Source of the DNA: an uncultured Veillonellaceae bacterium
GTDB lineage: Bacteria; Bacillota; Negativicutes; UBA1444
NCBI GenBank assembly: GCA_964638945.1
Contig: CAZXCC010000001.1
Location: 47,945 to 111,944, forward strand
Direction of reading: 5' to 3'
Length of the DNA: 64,000 nucleotides
Numbering within the stretch: the stretch's first letter is position 1; every line of letters begins with the position of its first letter. This document shows positions 46,533 through 58,178 of this stretch, in pieces. Below the pieces are notes generated by a model. The model searched no databases. It was not told where the DNA came from and saw only the letters and a list, made by a program, of their open reading frames with translations. A program made the translations under genes and the position numbers.

Positions 46533-47967
46533 GTCGCGCCTCCTTTGTTTTGGCTGGAGCCGGTTTTTTTATCATGCCCGGACGGGTCAGCATTTCCGGC
46601 CTCAATAGAATTTCCACCTCTTCTTCTGTAAAGAGGTGGCTTGCAACCAAGATTTGCTTGACGGAGGTATCATCGTGCAGAGCCTGCTTGGCGACGACGG
46701 CAGCCCGGTCATAGCCGATTAGCGGTGCAAGAGCCGTTGCAAGAGCTACGCTATGCTCCAGATGAGACAGGCATTTCGCAGGACTGGCGTCGATCCCTGC
46801 AATACAGCGGTCTGCAAATAACTTCATCGCTTTTGTGAGTTCTTCCATCGCCGGCAGCAAGTTGGCGGCAATGAGCGGCAAAAATGCGTTGAGCTCCAGC
46901 TGACCTCCCTGCGCCGCCAGTGTGATAGCCAAGTCGCGTGCTATGGTCTGATATGCAACCTGGGCTAATAATTCGGGCATGACCGGGTTGACTTTGCCTG
47001 GCATGATGGAAGAGCCCGCCTGCAATTCCGGCAGATGGATTTCGGCGAAGCCTCCTTTTGGCCCGGAGGAAAGGAGCCGCAGATCATTGCTGATTTTGAT
47101 CAGAGTTGCGGCACAGGCCTTGAGCAGACCGGAAACCTCAACAAAAACATCGGCATTTTGCGTGGTGTCGATCATGTTTTCATCCCTGGCAAGGCCGATG
47201 CCGGTCAAGGCCCGTAAACGTTCGACAACACCGAAAACATATTTTCTTTCGGCATTCAGGCCGGTACCGACGGCAGTGCCGCCGAGGTTGACCTCGCGCA
47301 AGCGTTCTTCCACTTTATAAAGCCGCCATCGATCACGGGCAACTGCCTCGGCCCAGGCGGAAAATTCCTGTCCGAGGGTGATCGGTACGGCATCCTGCAT
47401 TTCCGTACGTCCCAATTTAAGGATACTTGCAAACTCCGCTTCCTTTTTCTGCAATGCTCCCTGCAGTTGCGCGCAGGCTTCCGAAAGGGGTTGGAGCAGC
47501 CGGATGGCCGCAACGCGCAAAGCTGTGGGATACACGTCATTGGTCGATTGCGACAAATTGACGTGGTCCAGGGGGTGAACCACACGATAGTCTCCTTTTT
47601 GGCCGCCAAGCAGTTCGATGGCCCGGTTGGCTACGACCTCATTGACGTTCATGTTGGTTGAAGTGCCGGCACCTCCCTGCAAGGCGTCTACCGGAAACTG
47701 ATCTGAAAACCTTCCTTCCGACACTTCGGCGGCAGCCTGGAATATCGCCGAACCCAATCGGGGCTCCAGAATGCCGAGAGACATGTTCATTTCCACCGCA
47801 GCCTGTTTGACTGTGGCAATGGCGCGAATGAGCTCCGGGTGAACCGCTTGTCCGGAAACTGAGAAATTTTCCAGTGCCCGCACGGTATGGATGCCATAAT
47901 AGGCTTCGGACGGTACTTGCTTTTCGCCGAGAAAATCGTGTTCTGTCCGGTACATGACGACCTCCAT
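46525..47967 (-). CDS. aspA: aspartate ammonia-lyase (fumarase/aspartase class II family)
   Basis: GSSIMPGKVNP signature; DQFPVDALQGGAGTSTNMNVNEV matches aspartase rather than FumC. Confidence 0.8.
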   Translation of the reverse strand: MEVVMYRTEHDFLGEKQVPSEAYYGIHTVRALENFSVSGQAVHPELIRAIATVKQAAVEMNMSLGILEPRLGSAIFQAAAEVSEGRFSDQFPVDALQGGAGTSTNMNVNEVVANRAIELLGGQKGDYRVVHPLDHVNLSQSTNDVYPTALRVAAIRLLQPLSEACAQLQGALQKKEAEFASILKLGRTEMQDAVPITLGQEFSAWAEAVARDRWRLYKVEERLREVNLGGTAVGTGLNAERKYVFGVVERLRALTGIGLARDENMIDTTQNADVFVEVSGLLKACAATLIKISNDLRLLSSGPKGGFAEIHLPELQAGSSIMPGKVNPVMPELLAQVAYQTIARDLAITLAAQGGQLELNAFLPLIAANLLPAMEELTKAMKLFADRCIAGIDASPAKCLSHLEHSVALATALAPLIGYDRAAVVAKQALHDDTSVKQILVASHLFTEEEVEILLRPEMLTRPGMIKKPAPAKTKEARHE

Positions 47968-47971
47968 ATTT

Positions 47972-48226
47972 TTATTTGCTGCTTAAGGCGGAACGCACCT
48001 GGACTCCGTTTATATTGCCAAGTTGCCCTGTCAGGGACCCAATCTCGTCGGTTGTCCCCTGCACAATCAGGGTAATGACCGATATGCCTGTTTCGTTATG
48101 TTGAATGCGGGGAATACCCATCCTCCCGGCAATGATTTGTCCATGGCGGCTGAGAATGGCATTGATCTCGGGAGCGCGAAGCGGGTCCTCAATCACAATG
48201 CCGATAAAACCAAGTCTTTGTTGCAT
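47972..48226 (-). CDS. small ACT-domain protein of the TM1266 type (putative iron-only hydrogenase system regulator)
   Basis: 84 aa, MQQRLGFIGIVIEDP...; AAGGGGGT RBS; family call from memory. Confidence 0.5.
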   Translation of the reverse strand: MQQRLGFIGIVIEDPLRAPEINAILSRHGQIIAGRMGIPRIQHNETGISVITLIVQGTTDEIGSLTGQLGNINGVQVRSALSSK

Positions 48227-48523
48227 GGAAACCCCCTTGAAAAAATGAGAAGCCTTGCGCAAACCGCGCAAGGCTGATGAACCTCGTGACACAGGAAACA
48301 AGCGTCACTGCGATCATCCCTTGGCGTCAGGCAGCGCCCTGTTCCTCAGGAATCCAGATTTTGTCTTCATTATAAACTTGGGGTCCGATAAAATCAAGTT
48401 GCGAAAAAGAATGAAAATCCGTATCCGCCTTGCAGAGGCGACCAGAATTTTTTCGGAGCAGCATTATCATTGTTCACGCAGGAGGAGTTTGAACAAATGT
48501 GCAGAAAGCCTTAAAAAGAAGAA

Positions 48524-50533
48524 GTGCCAAAGGGAATGAGTAAAGGGGAAATCGTTGTGAAAAGCATTCAGATGAAACTGACGGTTACTATTTTGATTAT
48601 TTTCCTCGGAGCCCTGAGTACCTTGGGTGGGCTGAACTACTGGAAGGCGCGTGAACTCGTCTACACAAGCTCCGTCAACGAAATCAAGATATTGGCCGCC
48701 AATTCGGCCAATGAGGTCAGTGACTGGCTTGAGGCGCACAAATACGAAGTGGCCGGCATGGCCCTGGCACCGACCCTGCAGTCTGGAATCCGGGAACAGA
48801 TTTTGCCTTTCCTGGTTGCTGCAATTAAAGCAAATGGAAGATATGTCTCTTTTGGGTACGTGAATACATCCGGCATCGGGTTTGATTCCAACGCCGTGGC
48901 TGTCAATCTCAGTGCTCGGGAATATATCCAAAAAGCCCTGCGCGGAGAACACTCCATGTCAGACCCTGTAGTTTCGCCTGCAACCGGAGCTCTGGTGGCT
49001 GTCTTTGCTTCTCCTGTCAAGGCTCCGGATGGCAAAGTGACTGGAGTATTTTTCGGGGCCATCGATCTTGGTGAAATATCCAAAAAGGTTGGCGAGGTAA
49101 GAATCGGCAAAACGGGATACGCTTATATGTTGAAAGGCGATGGGATGACGATCGTCAATCCGAATAAAGACCTGGTAATGAAGGACAATCCCTTGAAAAA
49201 TGAGAAACTGCCGCAATCGTTGCGACAAACGGCCGAACGCATGGTCAAGGGAGAAAAGGGCATCACTGTTTATGAGTACAACGGCATGGAAAAAATGGTG
49301 GGTTTTGCACCGGTAAAAAGTGCCGGATGGTCTCTGGCGGTAAGTGCGCCGCTTACTGAGATGACAGAAGGATTGAACGCATTGACGTGGATTTCTCTTG
49401 TCACCATCTTAGTTGTGCTGATTATTGCGGCCCTCATTATCGCCTGGTTTGCAAAGAGTATCGCCAAACCCATACGGATTCTCGAGAAGGCCGTGAACAC
49501 CGTCGCTGCGGGAGATCTGTCCGAAACCAGCATGGGGATCCGTTCCCAAGACGAAATCGGCCGTTTGGCCAGAAGCTTCAAACAGATGGTCGGAAACATG
49601 CGGGCGCTGGTCAAGCAAATTTCCAGCGATGCCGAACATTTGGCAGCTTCCAGCGAGGAGCTCACTGCCAGTGCGGAACAATCTTCCCAGGCGACAAACC
49701 AGGTCGCACTTTCCATCCAGGAAGTTGCAGGCGGTGCGAACGAACAGATGAATGCCGCAAACGAGGCTGCCGCCGTTGTTACAGAGATGTCGGCCGGTAT
49801 CCAACAGATTGCTGCGAATGCATCTTCGGTATCCGAACAGTCTGAAACGGCGGCGGATAAAGCAGTCAAGGGAGGAGCGGCTGTGGATAAAGCCGTCAGC
49901 CAGATGAGCCAGATAGAACAGACTGTCAATACTTCCGCCCAGGTCGTGGCCAAGCTCGGTGAAAGGTCAAAAGAAATCGGACAGATTGTCGATGCCATCT
50001 CAGGGATTGCCGGCCAGACGAACCTGTTGGCTCTCAATGCTGCCATTGAGGCGGCACGGGCGGGAGATGCGGGGCGTGGCTTTGCCGTGGTGGCCGAAGA
50101 AGTGAGGAAGCTGGCCGAACAATCGGAAGAGGCGGCCAAGAAAATCGCCGGACTGATCGGAGAAATCCAGGTGGATACGGACAAAGCGGTTCAGGCAATG
50201 CAACAGGGAACACAGGAAGTAAAAACCGGTGCGGAAGTGGTGAATGCCGCCGGAATATCCTTCCGTGAGATAGCGGATCTGGTGACGGAGGTTTCGGACC
50301 AGGTCGGACAAATCTCCAAAGCGATCCATGAGATGGCTTCGGGGAGTCAGAAAATTGTGGAGTCCGTCAATAAAATCGACGGGCTGAGTAAAAAATCGGC
50401 AGGGGAGGCGCAGAGCGTCTCTGCAGCTACGGAAGAGCAACTGGCGTCAATGGAGGAGATTTCCACTTCAAGCCGGGCGCTTGCTACTTTGGCTCAGGAA
50501 CTTCAGACGGCTGTAGGAAAATTTAAGTTCTAA
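48524..50533 (+). CDS. methyl-accepting chemotaxis protein with double Cache (dCache_1) periplasmic sensor, HAMP and MCP signalling domain; start possibly GTG 48557
   Basis: two TM segments flank an about 250-aa extracellular domain; HAMP; MCP core [35 protein letters not shown]. Confidence 0.85.
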   Translation: MPKGMSKGEIVVKSIQMKLTVTILIIFLGALSTLGGLNYWKARELVYTSSVNEIKILAANSANEVSDWLEAHKYEVAGMALAPTLQSGIREQILPFLVAAIKANGRYVSFGYVNTSGIGFDSNAVAVNLSAREYIQKALRGEHSMSDPVVSPATGALVAVFASPVKAPDGKVTGVFFGAIDLGEISKKVGEVRIGKTGYAYMLKGDGMTIVNPNKDLVMKDNPLKNEKLPQSLRQTAERMVKGEKGITVYEYNGMEKMVGFAPVKSAGWSLAVSAPLTEMTEGLNALTWISLVTILVVLIIAALIIAWFAKSIAKPIRILEKAVNTVAAGDLSETSMGIRSQDEIGRLARSFKQMVGNMRALVKQISSDAEHLAASSEELTASAEQSSQATNQVALSIQEVAGGANEQMNAANEAAAVVTEMSAGIQQIAANASSVSEQSETAADKAVKGGAAVDKAVSQMSQIEQTVNTSAQVVAKLGERSKEIGQIVDAISGIAGQTNLLALNAAIEAARAGDAGRGFAVVAEEVRKLAEQSEEAAKKIAGLIGEIQVDTDKAVQAMQQGTQEVKTGAEVVNAAGISFREIADLVTEVSDQVGQISKAIHEMASGSQKIVESVNKIDGLSKKSAGEAQSVSAATEEQLASMEEISTSSRALATLAQELQTAVGKFKF

Positions 50534-50771
50534 CGATTGAAAATGAAGCGAATCTTGGGAGTTGCGATTCCTACCCCGGTTCCCTCCATGGGCGCCGGGG
50601 CTTTTACTTTTCTATCAGAAAATATAACTATCTGGGACATGAGAAACCCACGGCTTCCCCGGCGCAGAGGTTCGGCGCAAGCCATGTTTTCTCAGGCTCA
50701 AGATGAAAACAGCAGGATAAATTCCTCTGGAAGACGAAAACGGGGATGAGGGATTGGCAAGGAGTGAAGTG

Positions 50772-51569
50772 AATATGAATACTCGCTTGTATTATTACAC
50801 CGGTACGGGAAATTCTCTTTGGATAGCACGGCAACTGGCAGGGCGGCTGCAAGGGGAAACTGCGCTGATTTCTTTGGGAACCGGAATCCCAATGCCTGAC
50901 GAGTCCTGCGAGAGAATAGGCATCGTTTTTCCTGTTCATATTTGGGGAGTGCCGCGACGCGTATTAGAATTTGTTGAAAAAATGACGGTACAGCCTGGGT
51001 GTTATTTTTTTGCGATTGCGGTCAATGCGGGGCAAGTGGCGGCGACACTCGTACAGTTGAAAAAGAGTTTGGCAGCCAGGGGTATCCTGCTCGGTTCCGG
51101 GTTCGACTTGAAAATGCCGTCAAACTATATTCCATGGGGTGGTGCACAGCCGGAGAAAAAACAGGAAGAGCTGTTTTCGCAGGCAGAAAAGAAATTGGAC
51201 AAAATTGCCGAAATTGTTCAGCTCCGGGAAAATGAACCGGTGGAAAAAGGTCCGTGGTGGCAGAATTTGCTGTTTTCTTTTGCCAATAAAATGACCTTTG
51301 CGCATGTCCCCAAACTGGACAAGGATTTTTGGGTAGGAGAGCTTTGTAATGGTTGTGGTCTTTGCACCCGGGTGTGTCCGGCAGGAAACATCCGCATGGC
51401 GGCAGGAAAACCTGTCTGGCAGCACCATTGCGAACAATGTCTTGCCTGTCTGCAATGGTGTCCGCAGGAAGCGATCCAATACGCAAAAAAAACGGCAGGG
51501 AAGAAAAGGTACCATCATCCGAAGATTTCAGCGGCTGACATGGTGGGAGCACCTGTTGGCCGGAAATGA
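50772..51569 (+). CDS. EFR1-family ferredoxin (flavodoxin-like domain fused to 2x[4Fe-4S] domain)
   Basis: YYYTGTGNS flavodoxin-like N-terminus; CNGCGLCTRVCP and CEQCLACLQWCP motifs. Confidence 0.6.
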   Translation, partial: NMNTRLYYYTGTGNSLWIARQLAGRLQGETALISLGTGIPMPDESCERIGIVFPVHIWGVPRRVLEFVEKMTVQPGCYFFAIAVNAGQVAATLVQLKKSLAARGILLGSGFDLKMPSNYIPWGGAQPEKKQEELFSQAEKKLDKIAEIVQLRENEPVEKGPWWQNLLFSFANKMTFAHVPKLDKDFWVGELCNGCGLCTRVCPAGNIRMAAGKPVWQHHCEQCLACLQWCPQEAIQYAKKTAGKKRYHHPKISAADMVGAPVGRK

Positions 51570-51652
51570 GAATGCCGGATGACTTTGACAGTAAGGGAGC
51601 GCTCTGTGATATAATGAGAACGGATTTTTGAGAGATAGGGCGGAATGACCTT

Positions 51653-52075
51653 TTGCTAAAGCGTTTTATCAAGTTTTCCATCGTCGGTCTGTCCGGAACT
51701 GTGGTCAACATGGCCGTTTATGCGTTGGCAGTGCAAGGCGGCCTGTATTACATGACGGCGGCGGTGGTTTCTTTTTTGTTTGCTGTGACAAATAACTTTT
51801 ACTGGAATTTTCGCTGGACATTCAGGGGACAGGCGCCGGACCGCAGTTTACGAAATAAATATCTGCGTTTTCTCGGTTTCAGCGTATTGAACCTGGGGGT
51901 AAATTTGGTATTGCTTCGAGTTCTTGTGGAGTCGTTTTCTTTTGATAAAACGTTGGCACAGCTTGTTGCAATTGGCATGGTGAGCATCCTCAACTTTGGG
52001 ATGAACGCCCGGTTTACTTTTGGTGAAAAGAGTGGCGGCCAAATTGTGGCGGAACCTGGCAAGGAGGAGAAGTAG
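51653..52075 (+). CDS. GtrA-family small membrane protein (lipid-linked sugar translocation)
   Basis: 4-TM 140-aa protein, GtrA-like. Confidence 0.6.
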   Translation: MLKRFIKFSIVGLSGTVVNMAVYALAVQGGLYYMTAAVVSFLFAVTNNFYWNFRWTFRGQAPDRSLRNKYLRFLGFSVLNLGVNLVLLRVLVESFSFDKTLAQLVAIGMVSILNFGMNARFTFGEKSGGQIVAEPGKEEK

Positions 52076-52077
52076 GA

Positions 52078-52797
52078 GTGGCCGGACACCTTATTATTAT
52101 TCCAACTTATAATGAACGGGAAAATCTTGAGCAATTGCTGGAACGGATCACCTTGACTGATCCGGTGGCTCACATCCTGATAGTGGATGACAATTCGCCG
52201 GACAGGACGTATGAAATAGTGGAAAGCCTGATGCAAACGAAATATCAAGGCAGGCTTTTTTTATTGAAACGCGCTGGAAAATTGGGCCTGGGAACCGCTT
52301 ATATTGCAGGATTCAAATGGGCACTGGCACGGGATTATGAGTATATTTTTGAAATGGATGCTGATTTCTCCCATGATCCGAAGTATCTGCCGGATTTTTT
52401 GGCTGCCGTTCAAACGAATGATTTGGTTTTGGGAAGCCGGTACGTGCCGGGTGGTGGCGTGAAGAACTGGGGATTTCTGCGGAAACTGATCAGCCGGGGC
52501 GGGAGCTTGTATGCGAGAACGATACTGGGACTGCAGCTGCGTGACCTTACAGGCGGATTCAAGTGCTTTCGGCGTGAAGTGCTGGCGGCTATCAATCTGG
52601 ATGAAGTGAAGTCAAACGGGTATTCGTTCCAGATTGAAATGACGTACCGGGCGTTCCGCAAGGGATTTAGAATTGCCGAAACCCCGATTGTTTTTGAAGA
52701 CAGGACGGCAGGCAAATCCAAAATGTCCCGCAAAATATTTCTGGAGGCTGTGTTGATGGTCTGGCGGCTCCGGCTGGATTCGCGCATTGGTGTATGA
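52078..52797 (+). CDS. GT2 polyprenol-phosphate sugar synthase (Dpm1/GtrB-like)
   Basis: IIIPTYNEREN and DADFSHDP motifs. Confidence 0.8.
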   Translation: MAGHLIIIPTYNERENLEQLLERITLTDPVAHILIVDDNSPDRTYEIVESLMQTKYQGRLFLLKRAGKLGLGTAYIAGFKWALARDYEYIFEMDADFSHDPKYLPDFLAAVQTNDLVLGSRYVPGGGVKNWGFLRKLISRGGSLYARTILGLQLRDLTGGFKCFRREVLAAINLDEVKSNGYSFQIEMTYRAFRKGFRIAETPIVFEDRTAGKSKMSRKIFLEAVLMVWRLRLDSRIGV

Positions 52798-54248
52798 AAG
52801 CGAAGGGTATCGGGCTGCTGGCCGCTGCTTTTCTTGTAAATTCATTTTATAACACTACATTGCCTTTACACTTTGATGAAGCCTACTATTGGGTCTGGTC
52901 CCAGCATCTTCAGTGGTCCTATTTTGATCATCCGCCTTTGATTGCATATCTCATTCATCTGGCAACGCTCTTTGGCCATGCGGAATGGCAGATCCGCCTG
53001 GTGCCGCTGCTCTGCTCGGCAATGACAGGCTGGGGGATTTGGCGCTTGGGCAATGAAATGTTCGGTTCAGAGGTGGGGCTAAAAGCGTTGGTGATTTTCC
53101 TTTTGTCCCCTCTGGCACAGATTGGCTTTGCACTGGCTACACCGGATTCGCCGCTGATTCTTGGCTGGACTGCGGCGATTTTTTTCACCTACAAGGCGGT
53201 ATTTGAGCAAAAAAAAGCCTTTTACATTGCTGCCGGATTCGCTGCCGGATTTTCCCTGCTGGCAAAGTATACAGCCGTTCTGCTATTGCCGGGGTTATTG
53301 CTATTTTTTGTTTTTTCTGCCCGGCGGGACGAATTGAAGAGTCCGTGGCCATATGCGGGAATTCTTGCAGCTCTTTTGATTTTTTTTCCGGTGCTGCTTT
53401 GGAATGCAGGGCACGACTGGGTTTCGTTCCGTTTTCAGCTTGCGCACGGGCTCGCCAATGAACGGGTATTGAATCTGAAAACATTAGGGGAATTTATCGC
53501 AGTACAGGCGCTTGCGTTGAACCCGGTATTTTTCCTTTCCTTTCTTTGGTTTGGAGCGAAACGGTTTCGGGAGGCTTTCGCAGAGGATCGGCAGGCCTTT
53601 CTTTTGTGGCCGTGTCTGTTTGTTCTGGGTTTCTTTGGGTATGCGTCGTTGTTCAAAAGAGTGGAAGGCAACTGGGCTGCTCCGGCTTATGTAACCGGAT
53701 CGATCTTGCTTGCCTATTGGCTGGATGCTTCAAGACAGAAATGGCTTTATAAAACAGGCATCGTCATGGGGCTTGCCATGACGATGCTTTTGAAAGTGCC
53801 GGAACTATTTGATTTTTTGCCTAAACAAATTGTGATGAAAAGACAGGTGCTGGGGTATGATGAAATGTTCCGTTCGGCAGGAAGCCTCATAGCGGATTCT
53901 GAAATGGTACTGGCTGCCGATTATAAACTTGCATCCCTTGCATGGTATTATCTGCCCGGAAACCCGGTGGTGCATGTTGTGACCCAATCGCGGCCGTCGC
54001 AGTATGACTATTGGAGGGGAACGCTTCAGAAGGCAGGCGGGAAAAACGCGGTATTTTTCGGTTCGACCGGGCAAGAGGCAGAGTTGGCCCTCCTGTTTGA
54101 AAAAGTGATCCCCGAGGAATCTCTGTCGTATACGGACCGTTATATTTCCCGGGAAATCAAAGTATATAAATGCTTTACCCTGAAACCTATTCCTGGTTTC
54201 GGGTCAGCGAGTCGGCCATCGAATTCAGAGACCGCGCCATTTCATTGA
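52794..54248 (+). CDS. GT-C fold membrane glycosyltransferase (GT39/ArnT/PMT-like)
   Basis: multi-TM N-terminal region with DE motif FDEAYYW near the first loop. Confidence 0.7.
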   Translation: MKAKGIGLLAAAFLVNSFYNTTLPLHFDEAYYWVWSQHLQWSYFDHPPLIAYLIHLATLFGHAEWQIRLVPLLCSAMTGWGIWRLGNEMFGSEVGLKALVIFLLSPLAQIGFALATPDSPLILGWTAAIFFTYKAVFEQKKAFYIAAGFAAGFSLLAKYTAVLLLPGLLLFFVFSARRDELKSPWPYAGILAALLIFFPVLLWNAGHDWVSFRFQLAHGLANERVLNLKTLGEFIAVQALALNPVFFLSFLWFGAKRFREAFAEDRQAFLLWPCLFVLGFFGYASLFKRVEGNWAAPAYVTGSILLAYWLDASRQKWLYKTGIVMGLAMTMLLKVPELFDFLPKQIVMKRQVLGYDEMFRSAGSLIADSEMVLAADYKLASLAWYYLPGNPVVHVVTQSRPSQYDYWRGTLQKAGGKNAVFFGSTGQEAELALLFEKVIPEESLSYTDRYISREIKVYKCFTLKPIPGFGSASRPSNSETAPFH

Positions 54249-55032
54249 CTTCCTGAACTGATCCGGCTACCTGGGTAATAGCCTGGGCGATCTGCGGCAT
54301 TACTTCGTCGATGTGCCGGGATTGCTCGTAATTTTTTCGACTGTCATCCCGAATCGTCTGCAAAGTCGATTCTATTTTTTTGATGGATTCCCCGGTGGAG
54401 GCAGCTAATTTGCGTATCTCTTCGGCAACAACACCAAATCCACGTCCCTGCTCGCCAACCCTGGCTGCCTCGATCGCTGCGTTCAGGCCCAGCATGTTGG
54501 TTTGCCCGGCTACGGCTTTAATCAGCCCGATGACCTGATCGGTTTCCTGCAAACGGCCCTGAGATTCGGCAGCGGCCACTGACATGGCCCGACTGACTGC
54601 GCTGACTTCCTGGGTTTGCGCAGAGATTTCTTCGGATGTGCTTGCAAGCAGACTGGTATTGTCTGAAAGCTTTGCCGCCATTTCTTTCAATAAATCCTGC
54701 TGCTCCACGGATTCGATGATGACTGAGCCACCGATGACCTTTCCGGAAGCATCGTGAATCGGTACGGCGGTCGCAATATACGGCAGGCCGAATGTTGCCT
54801 TGTCGCCGCGAACTATGACTCGCCGATTCTCGTTCATGCACCTGTGGACCGCAGTACCGGTTTTAATGGGCGCGCCGGAGGAAATTTTCAGGTCCAGATT
54901 CCGTCCCGGCTTATAGAGCAGGTATTTTTCGCGATCAGTGACGGCTACGCCGATATCGCCTGAGAACATGCTCCCCAGCAGAGGCATAACATGGAGAAAT
55001 TTTTCCAGAATATCATTGTCACTGTCAGACAT
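54187..55032 (-). CDS. second soluble MCP-like transducer with the same N-terminal sensory domain as 4708..5547 and the sigma-54 activator
   Basis: MCP core [37 protein letters not shown]; N-terminal region alignable to 4708..5547. Confidence 0.8.
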   Translation of the reverse strand: MSDSDNDILEKFLHVMPLLGSMFSGDIGVAVTDREKYLLYKPGRNLDLKISSGAPIKTGTAVHRCMNENRRVIVRGDKATFGLPYIATAVPIHDASGKVIGGSVIIESVEQQDLLKEMAAKLSDNTSLLASTSEEISAQTQEVSAVSRAMSVAAAESQGRLQETDQVIGLIKAVAGQTNMLGLNAAIEAARVGEQGRGFGVVAEEIRKLAASTGESIKKIESTLQTIRDDSRKNYEQSRHIDEVMPQIAQAITQVAGSVQEVNEMARSLNSMADSLTRNQE

Positions 55033-55101
55033 TAAAACATAGCCCTCCTTCTTGAAATCGAAATCGACAGGCGAACTTTCTTGTCATATAAATAAAAAGA
55101 A

Positions 55102-55117
55102 AGCAAAAACTATGCCA
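55102..55117 (-). promoter_or_regulatory. sigma-54 promoter on the minus strand (reads TGGCAT-AGTTT-TTGCT) upstream of the second soluble MCP-like gene
   Basis: reverse complement of AGCAAAAACTATGCCA; canonical GG-N10-GC spacing. Confidence 0.55.
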
Positions 55118-55320
55118 AAGATATGGTTTGTGAAACAATACGTATTGAAATAAATTTGCAGAGGAAGAAAGACAACAGTCAAGGAAAGACTCATCCATTA
55201 CGTCACAATTGACATTCGGATGCAAAGTCGTCATTTCCTGCAAAAAGAAAGAAAAAATGTTGAGGAGACTAGACAGTGTACAGGAAGAAGGGCAAAGGAC
55301 TAGACAGGTCGGCAGGCTTA

Positions 55321-55349
55321 TTGTCGCATCAGCGACGTTGTAATATAAT
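55321..55349 (+). promoter_or_regulatory. consensus sigma-A promoter TTGTCG - 17 nt - TATAAT for the ABC transporter operon
   Basis: read directly. Confidence 0.5.
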
Positions 55350-55415
55350 CAATACCAAACAAGTCACAAGAGGGATCCGTAGGAAAGAAGCATGGTGTGG
55401 AAAGGGAGAGAGATT

Positions 55416-56501
55416 GTGAAGAAAAGCAGAAAATGGATGGTTATCCCGGTTTTGGCAGCGTTTTTGCTGGGAATGGTGCTTGCAGGTTGTGGCAAGGGGG
55501 CGGAGCCTGCCAAGCCGGAAACTGCGAGACCGGAGGCGCCAAAACAGGCAACGAAAGTCGGCGTAGGGATTCTTAAACTTACAAGTTCGGCACCGATTTT
55601 TATTGGGATGGAGAAAGGTTTTTTCAAAGAGCAGGGAATAGAGATCGACCCGCAGTGGTTTGACGCAGCTCATCCGATAGCAGTGGCCACGGCTTCGAAT
55701 AAAGTACAGGTTGGCGCCACAGGCATCACTGCCAGTCTTTTTAACATGGTGGCCGGGGGACAGAATCTGTCCATAGTGGCGGACAAAGGACGGGAACAGA
55801 AAGGCTACTCCTCTTCTGCCGTGTTGGTACGGACCGACCTTTGGGATGCGGGTGCGAAAAAAATAGAAGACCTGAAAGGAAAACGGATAGGAATCACCCA
55901 AACGGGGTCCACTTTCCATTATATGATTGGCCGACTCCTGGAAGCCAAGGGGCTTACACTGTCGGATGTGGAACTGGTGCCGCTGGGGAAACTCAGTTCC
56001 CTGATGGCTGCGTTGCAGGGAAAACAGGTTGATGCGGTGATTCTGAACGAGCCAAACATCACCAAGGTGCTAAAAGACGGTTATGGAAAGCTCATCACCC
56101 AAGTCGGTGACGTGATTGACTATCAGACTTCCGGAATTTTCTTTGCACCGGAATTCATGAAGAACGAAGACGCGGCTGTAAGATTTCTGATGGCTTATAT
56201 CAAGGCCTCCCGCTACTATTATGATGCGGTTTTGGTACAAAAGGACGGGAAACCGGCACCGGGTGCAAACTATGAAGAAGTGGTCGGCATCATTGCAAAA
56301 TATACTGGTGCTCCGGCTGCAGATGTCAAACTGGGTCTTCCTTACATGGACAGGGACGGCAAACTGCTTGCCAGCGATATTCAGACACAGATCGACTGGT
56401 ACTTCAAAAACAAAATGATTGAAAAACAGGTGAGTGCAGCCCAAGTCGCCGATACGAAACTTTGGGATGCAGCCCTGAAAAAAATCGGCGCCGGCAAATG
56501 A
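55416..56501 (+). CDS. ABC transporter substrate-binding lipoprotein, NMT1/SsuA/TauA family
   Basis: lipobox LAGCGKG; GTG start after GGGAGAG. Confidence 0.75.
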   Translation: MKKSRKWMVIPVLAAFLLGMVLAGCGKGAEPAKPETARPEAPKQATKVGVGILKLTSSAPIFIGMEKGFFKEQGIEIDPQWFDAAHPIAVATASNKVQVGATGITASLFNMVAGGQNLSIVADKGREQKGYSSSAVLVRTDLWDAGAKKIEDLKGKRIGITQTGSTFHYMIGRLLEAKGLTLSDVELVPLGKLSSLMAALQGKQVDAVILNEPNITKVLKDGYGKLITQVGDVIDYQTSGIFFAPEFMKNEDAAVRFLMAYIKASRYYYDAVLVQKDGKPAPGANYEEVVGIIAKYTGAPAADVKLGLPYMDRDGKLLASDIQTQIDWYFKNKMIEKQVSAAQVADTKLWDAALKKIGAGK

Positions 56502-57274
56502 GAGTAGTCATTGACCAGGTCAACAAACAGTATGCAGGACCGGACGGCAGTCCGGTCGTTGCTTTGCAAAACATAGACCTGACCATTGAACAGGAAGAAT
56601 TCGTTGTTCTTGTGGGACCCAGCGGTTGTGGAAAGTCGACTTTGCTTAACATGGTGGGCGGGCTGCTTGCACCGACCTCAGGCCGCATCGTGGTGGAAGG
56701 GCTGAGTGAAGACAGGGATCCGTCAGTCGGTATCGTATTTCAGGAAGTAGGCCTTTTCCCCTGGCGCACCGTCGAGGGAAACGTCGGATTTGGCCTCGAA
56801 GAAAGCGGACTTTCTGCTTCCGAACAACAGGAACGAATCCAACAGAACATCGAACTGGTAGGCTTAGTAGGCTTTGAAAAATCCTACCCCCATCAGTTGT
56901 CCGGAGGAATGCGCCAGCGGGCCGGTATTGCGAGGACACTGGCGATACAGCCGGATCTTTTGCTCATGGATGAGCCGTTCTCAGCCCTGGATGCACAGAC
57001 GCGGACCCTGATGCAGGAAGAATTGCTGCGCATATGGGAAACAAAACGGCTCAGCACGCTTTACGTGACTCACAATATCCAGGAGGCTGTATATCTGGCA
57101 GACCGCATCGTAGTATTGTCTCGCCGACCCGGGCGGGTTACCAGTATTTTGCCGATAGATCTGCCGCGCCGCAACCGTGACGGTGCGGAACATGTGGCCG
57201 CATTCAATGCGTATTGTGAAAATATCTGGCGCCTCATCCGCAAAGACGCGGAAGAAGCCCTGCGGGAGGCGTAG
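56498..57274 (+). CDS. ABC transporter ATP-binding protein (SsuB/TauB-like)
   Basis: Walker [10 protein letters not shown], signature LSGGMRQR. Confidence 0.85.
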   Translation: MRVVIDQVNKQYAGPDGSPVVALQNIDLTIEQEEFVVLVGPSGCGKSTLLNMVGGLLAPTSGRIVVEGLSEDRDPSVGIVFQEVGLFPWRTVEGNVGFGLEESGLSASEQQERIQQNIELVGLVGFEKSYPHQLSGGMRQRAGIARTLAIQPDLLLMDEPFSALDAQTRTLMQEELLRIWETKRLSTLYVTHNIQEAVYLADRIVVLSRRPGRVTSILPIDLPRRNRDGAEHVAAFNAYCENIWRLIRKDAEEALREA

Positions 57275-57278
57275 AAAA

Positions 57279-58070
57279 ATGGAGGGTTTTCAAAGAGAAG
57301 TTCGCTTCCGGCTGGCTTTTATGGAACGGAAAGTTTCCAAATGGACCGGGCCGGGCGGCATATTGGCCCTGCTATTGTTCTGGCAGGCAGTATGCATGAC
57401 AGGCTGGGTATCGGAACTCTATCTTCCTGCGCCGACCTCGATAGTAAAAACCGGCTGGACCATGGTTATTAGTGGAGAAATTTCCGTGAATATGCAGGCA
57501 AGCCTGCAACGGATCGGCTGGGGCTTTTTCATCGGCAGCGCTGCCGGCATAGCCATCGGGCTATTGACCGGGTTTTCCCGCCTGGCGGAAGCTGTGGGGA
57601 ATCCGATGATTTACTCGCTGTATCCCATACCTAAAATTGCTTTGCTGCCCTTGATCATACTATGGCTGGGCATCGGAGAAGTTTCCAAGGTCAGCATTAT
57701 CGCCCTCGGGGTATTTTTCCCGGTAGTCATCAATACGTATTCCGGCGTGAAGAATGTGGATCCGTTGTTGCTCAGGGTCGCTGTCAGCTATCGCACATCC
57801 CGGCTGAATATCATTCGCAAGGTTGTGTTGCCTGCGGCATTGCCTGTTATCTTTGCCGGGCTCAAGCTGGCGGCGGGAACCTCTCTGCTGCTGCTGGTGG
57901 CAGCAGAGATGATTGCTGCGAAAGAAGGCATCGGTGCGATGATACTTCACTACGGAGACCTGATGCTTACGACCAAACTCATGGTCGGGGTGCTCGTATT
58001 GTCTTTGCTGGGACTGATTTTTAACCGTTTGCTGGAATGGCTGGAGCACCGCCTGATACCTTGGAAATAA
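57279..58070 (+). CDS. ABC transporter permease (SsuC/TauC-like)
   Basis: 6-TM BPD_transp_1 type; start uncertain. Confidence 0.75.
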   Translation: MEGFQREVRFRLAFMERKVSKWTGPGGILALLLFWQAVCMTGWVSELYLPAPTSIVKTGWTMVISGEISVNMQASLQRIGWGFFIGSAAGIAIGLLTGFSRLAEAVGNPMIYSLYPIPKIALLPLIILWLGIGEVSKVSIIALGVFFPVVINTYSGVKNVDPLLLRVAVSYRTSRLNIIRKVVLPAALPVIFAGLKLAAGTSLLLLVAAEMIAAKEGIGAMILHYGDLMLTTKLMVGVLVLSLLGLIFNRLLEWLEHRLIPWK

Positions 58071-58078
58071 AAAAAACA

Positions 58079-58107
58079 AAAATCCTGCGTAAGGCAGGAT
58101 TTTTTTT
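58079..58107 (+). terminator. rho-independent terminator (AATCCTGC..GCAGGATT plus T7)
   Basis: read directly. Confidence 0.85.
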
Positions 58108-58178
58108 GCCTGAAACGAAAGTAAGAATACTGTAACAATTCTGTATAAACCGTTTTATGAGAAAGGGAGGACGAACAC

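Noticed and set aside
55033-55415. TPP/THI-box riboswitch upstream of the NMT1-family ABC transporter (as for ThiXYZ/HMP uptake)
   Set aside because: No CTGAGA / ACCTGATCTGGATAATGCCAGCG-like elements present; only a sigma-A promoter was found.
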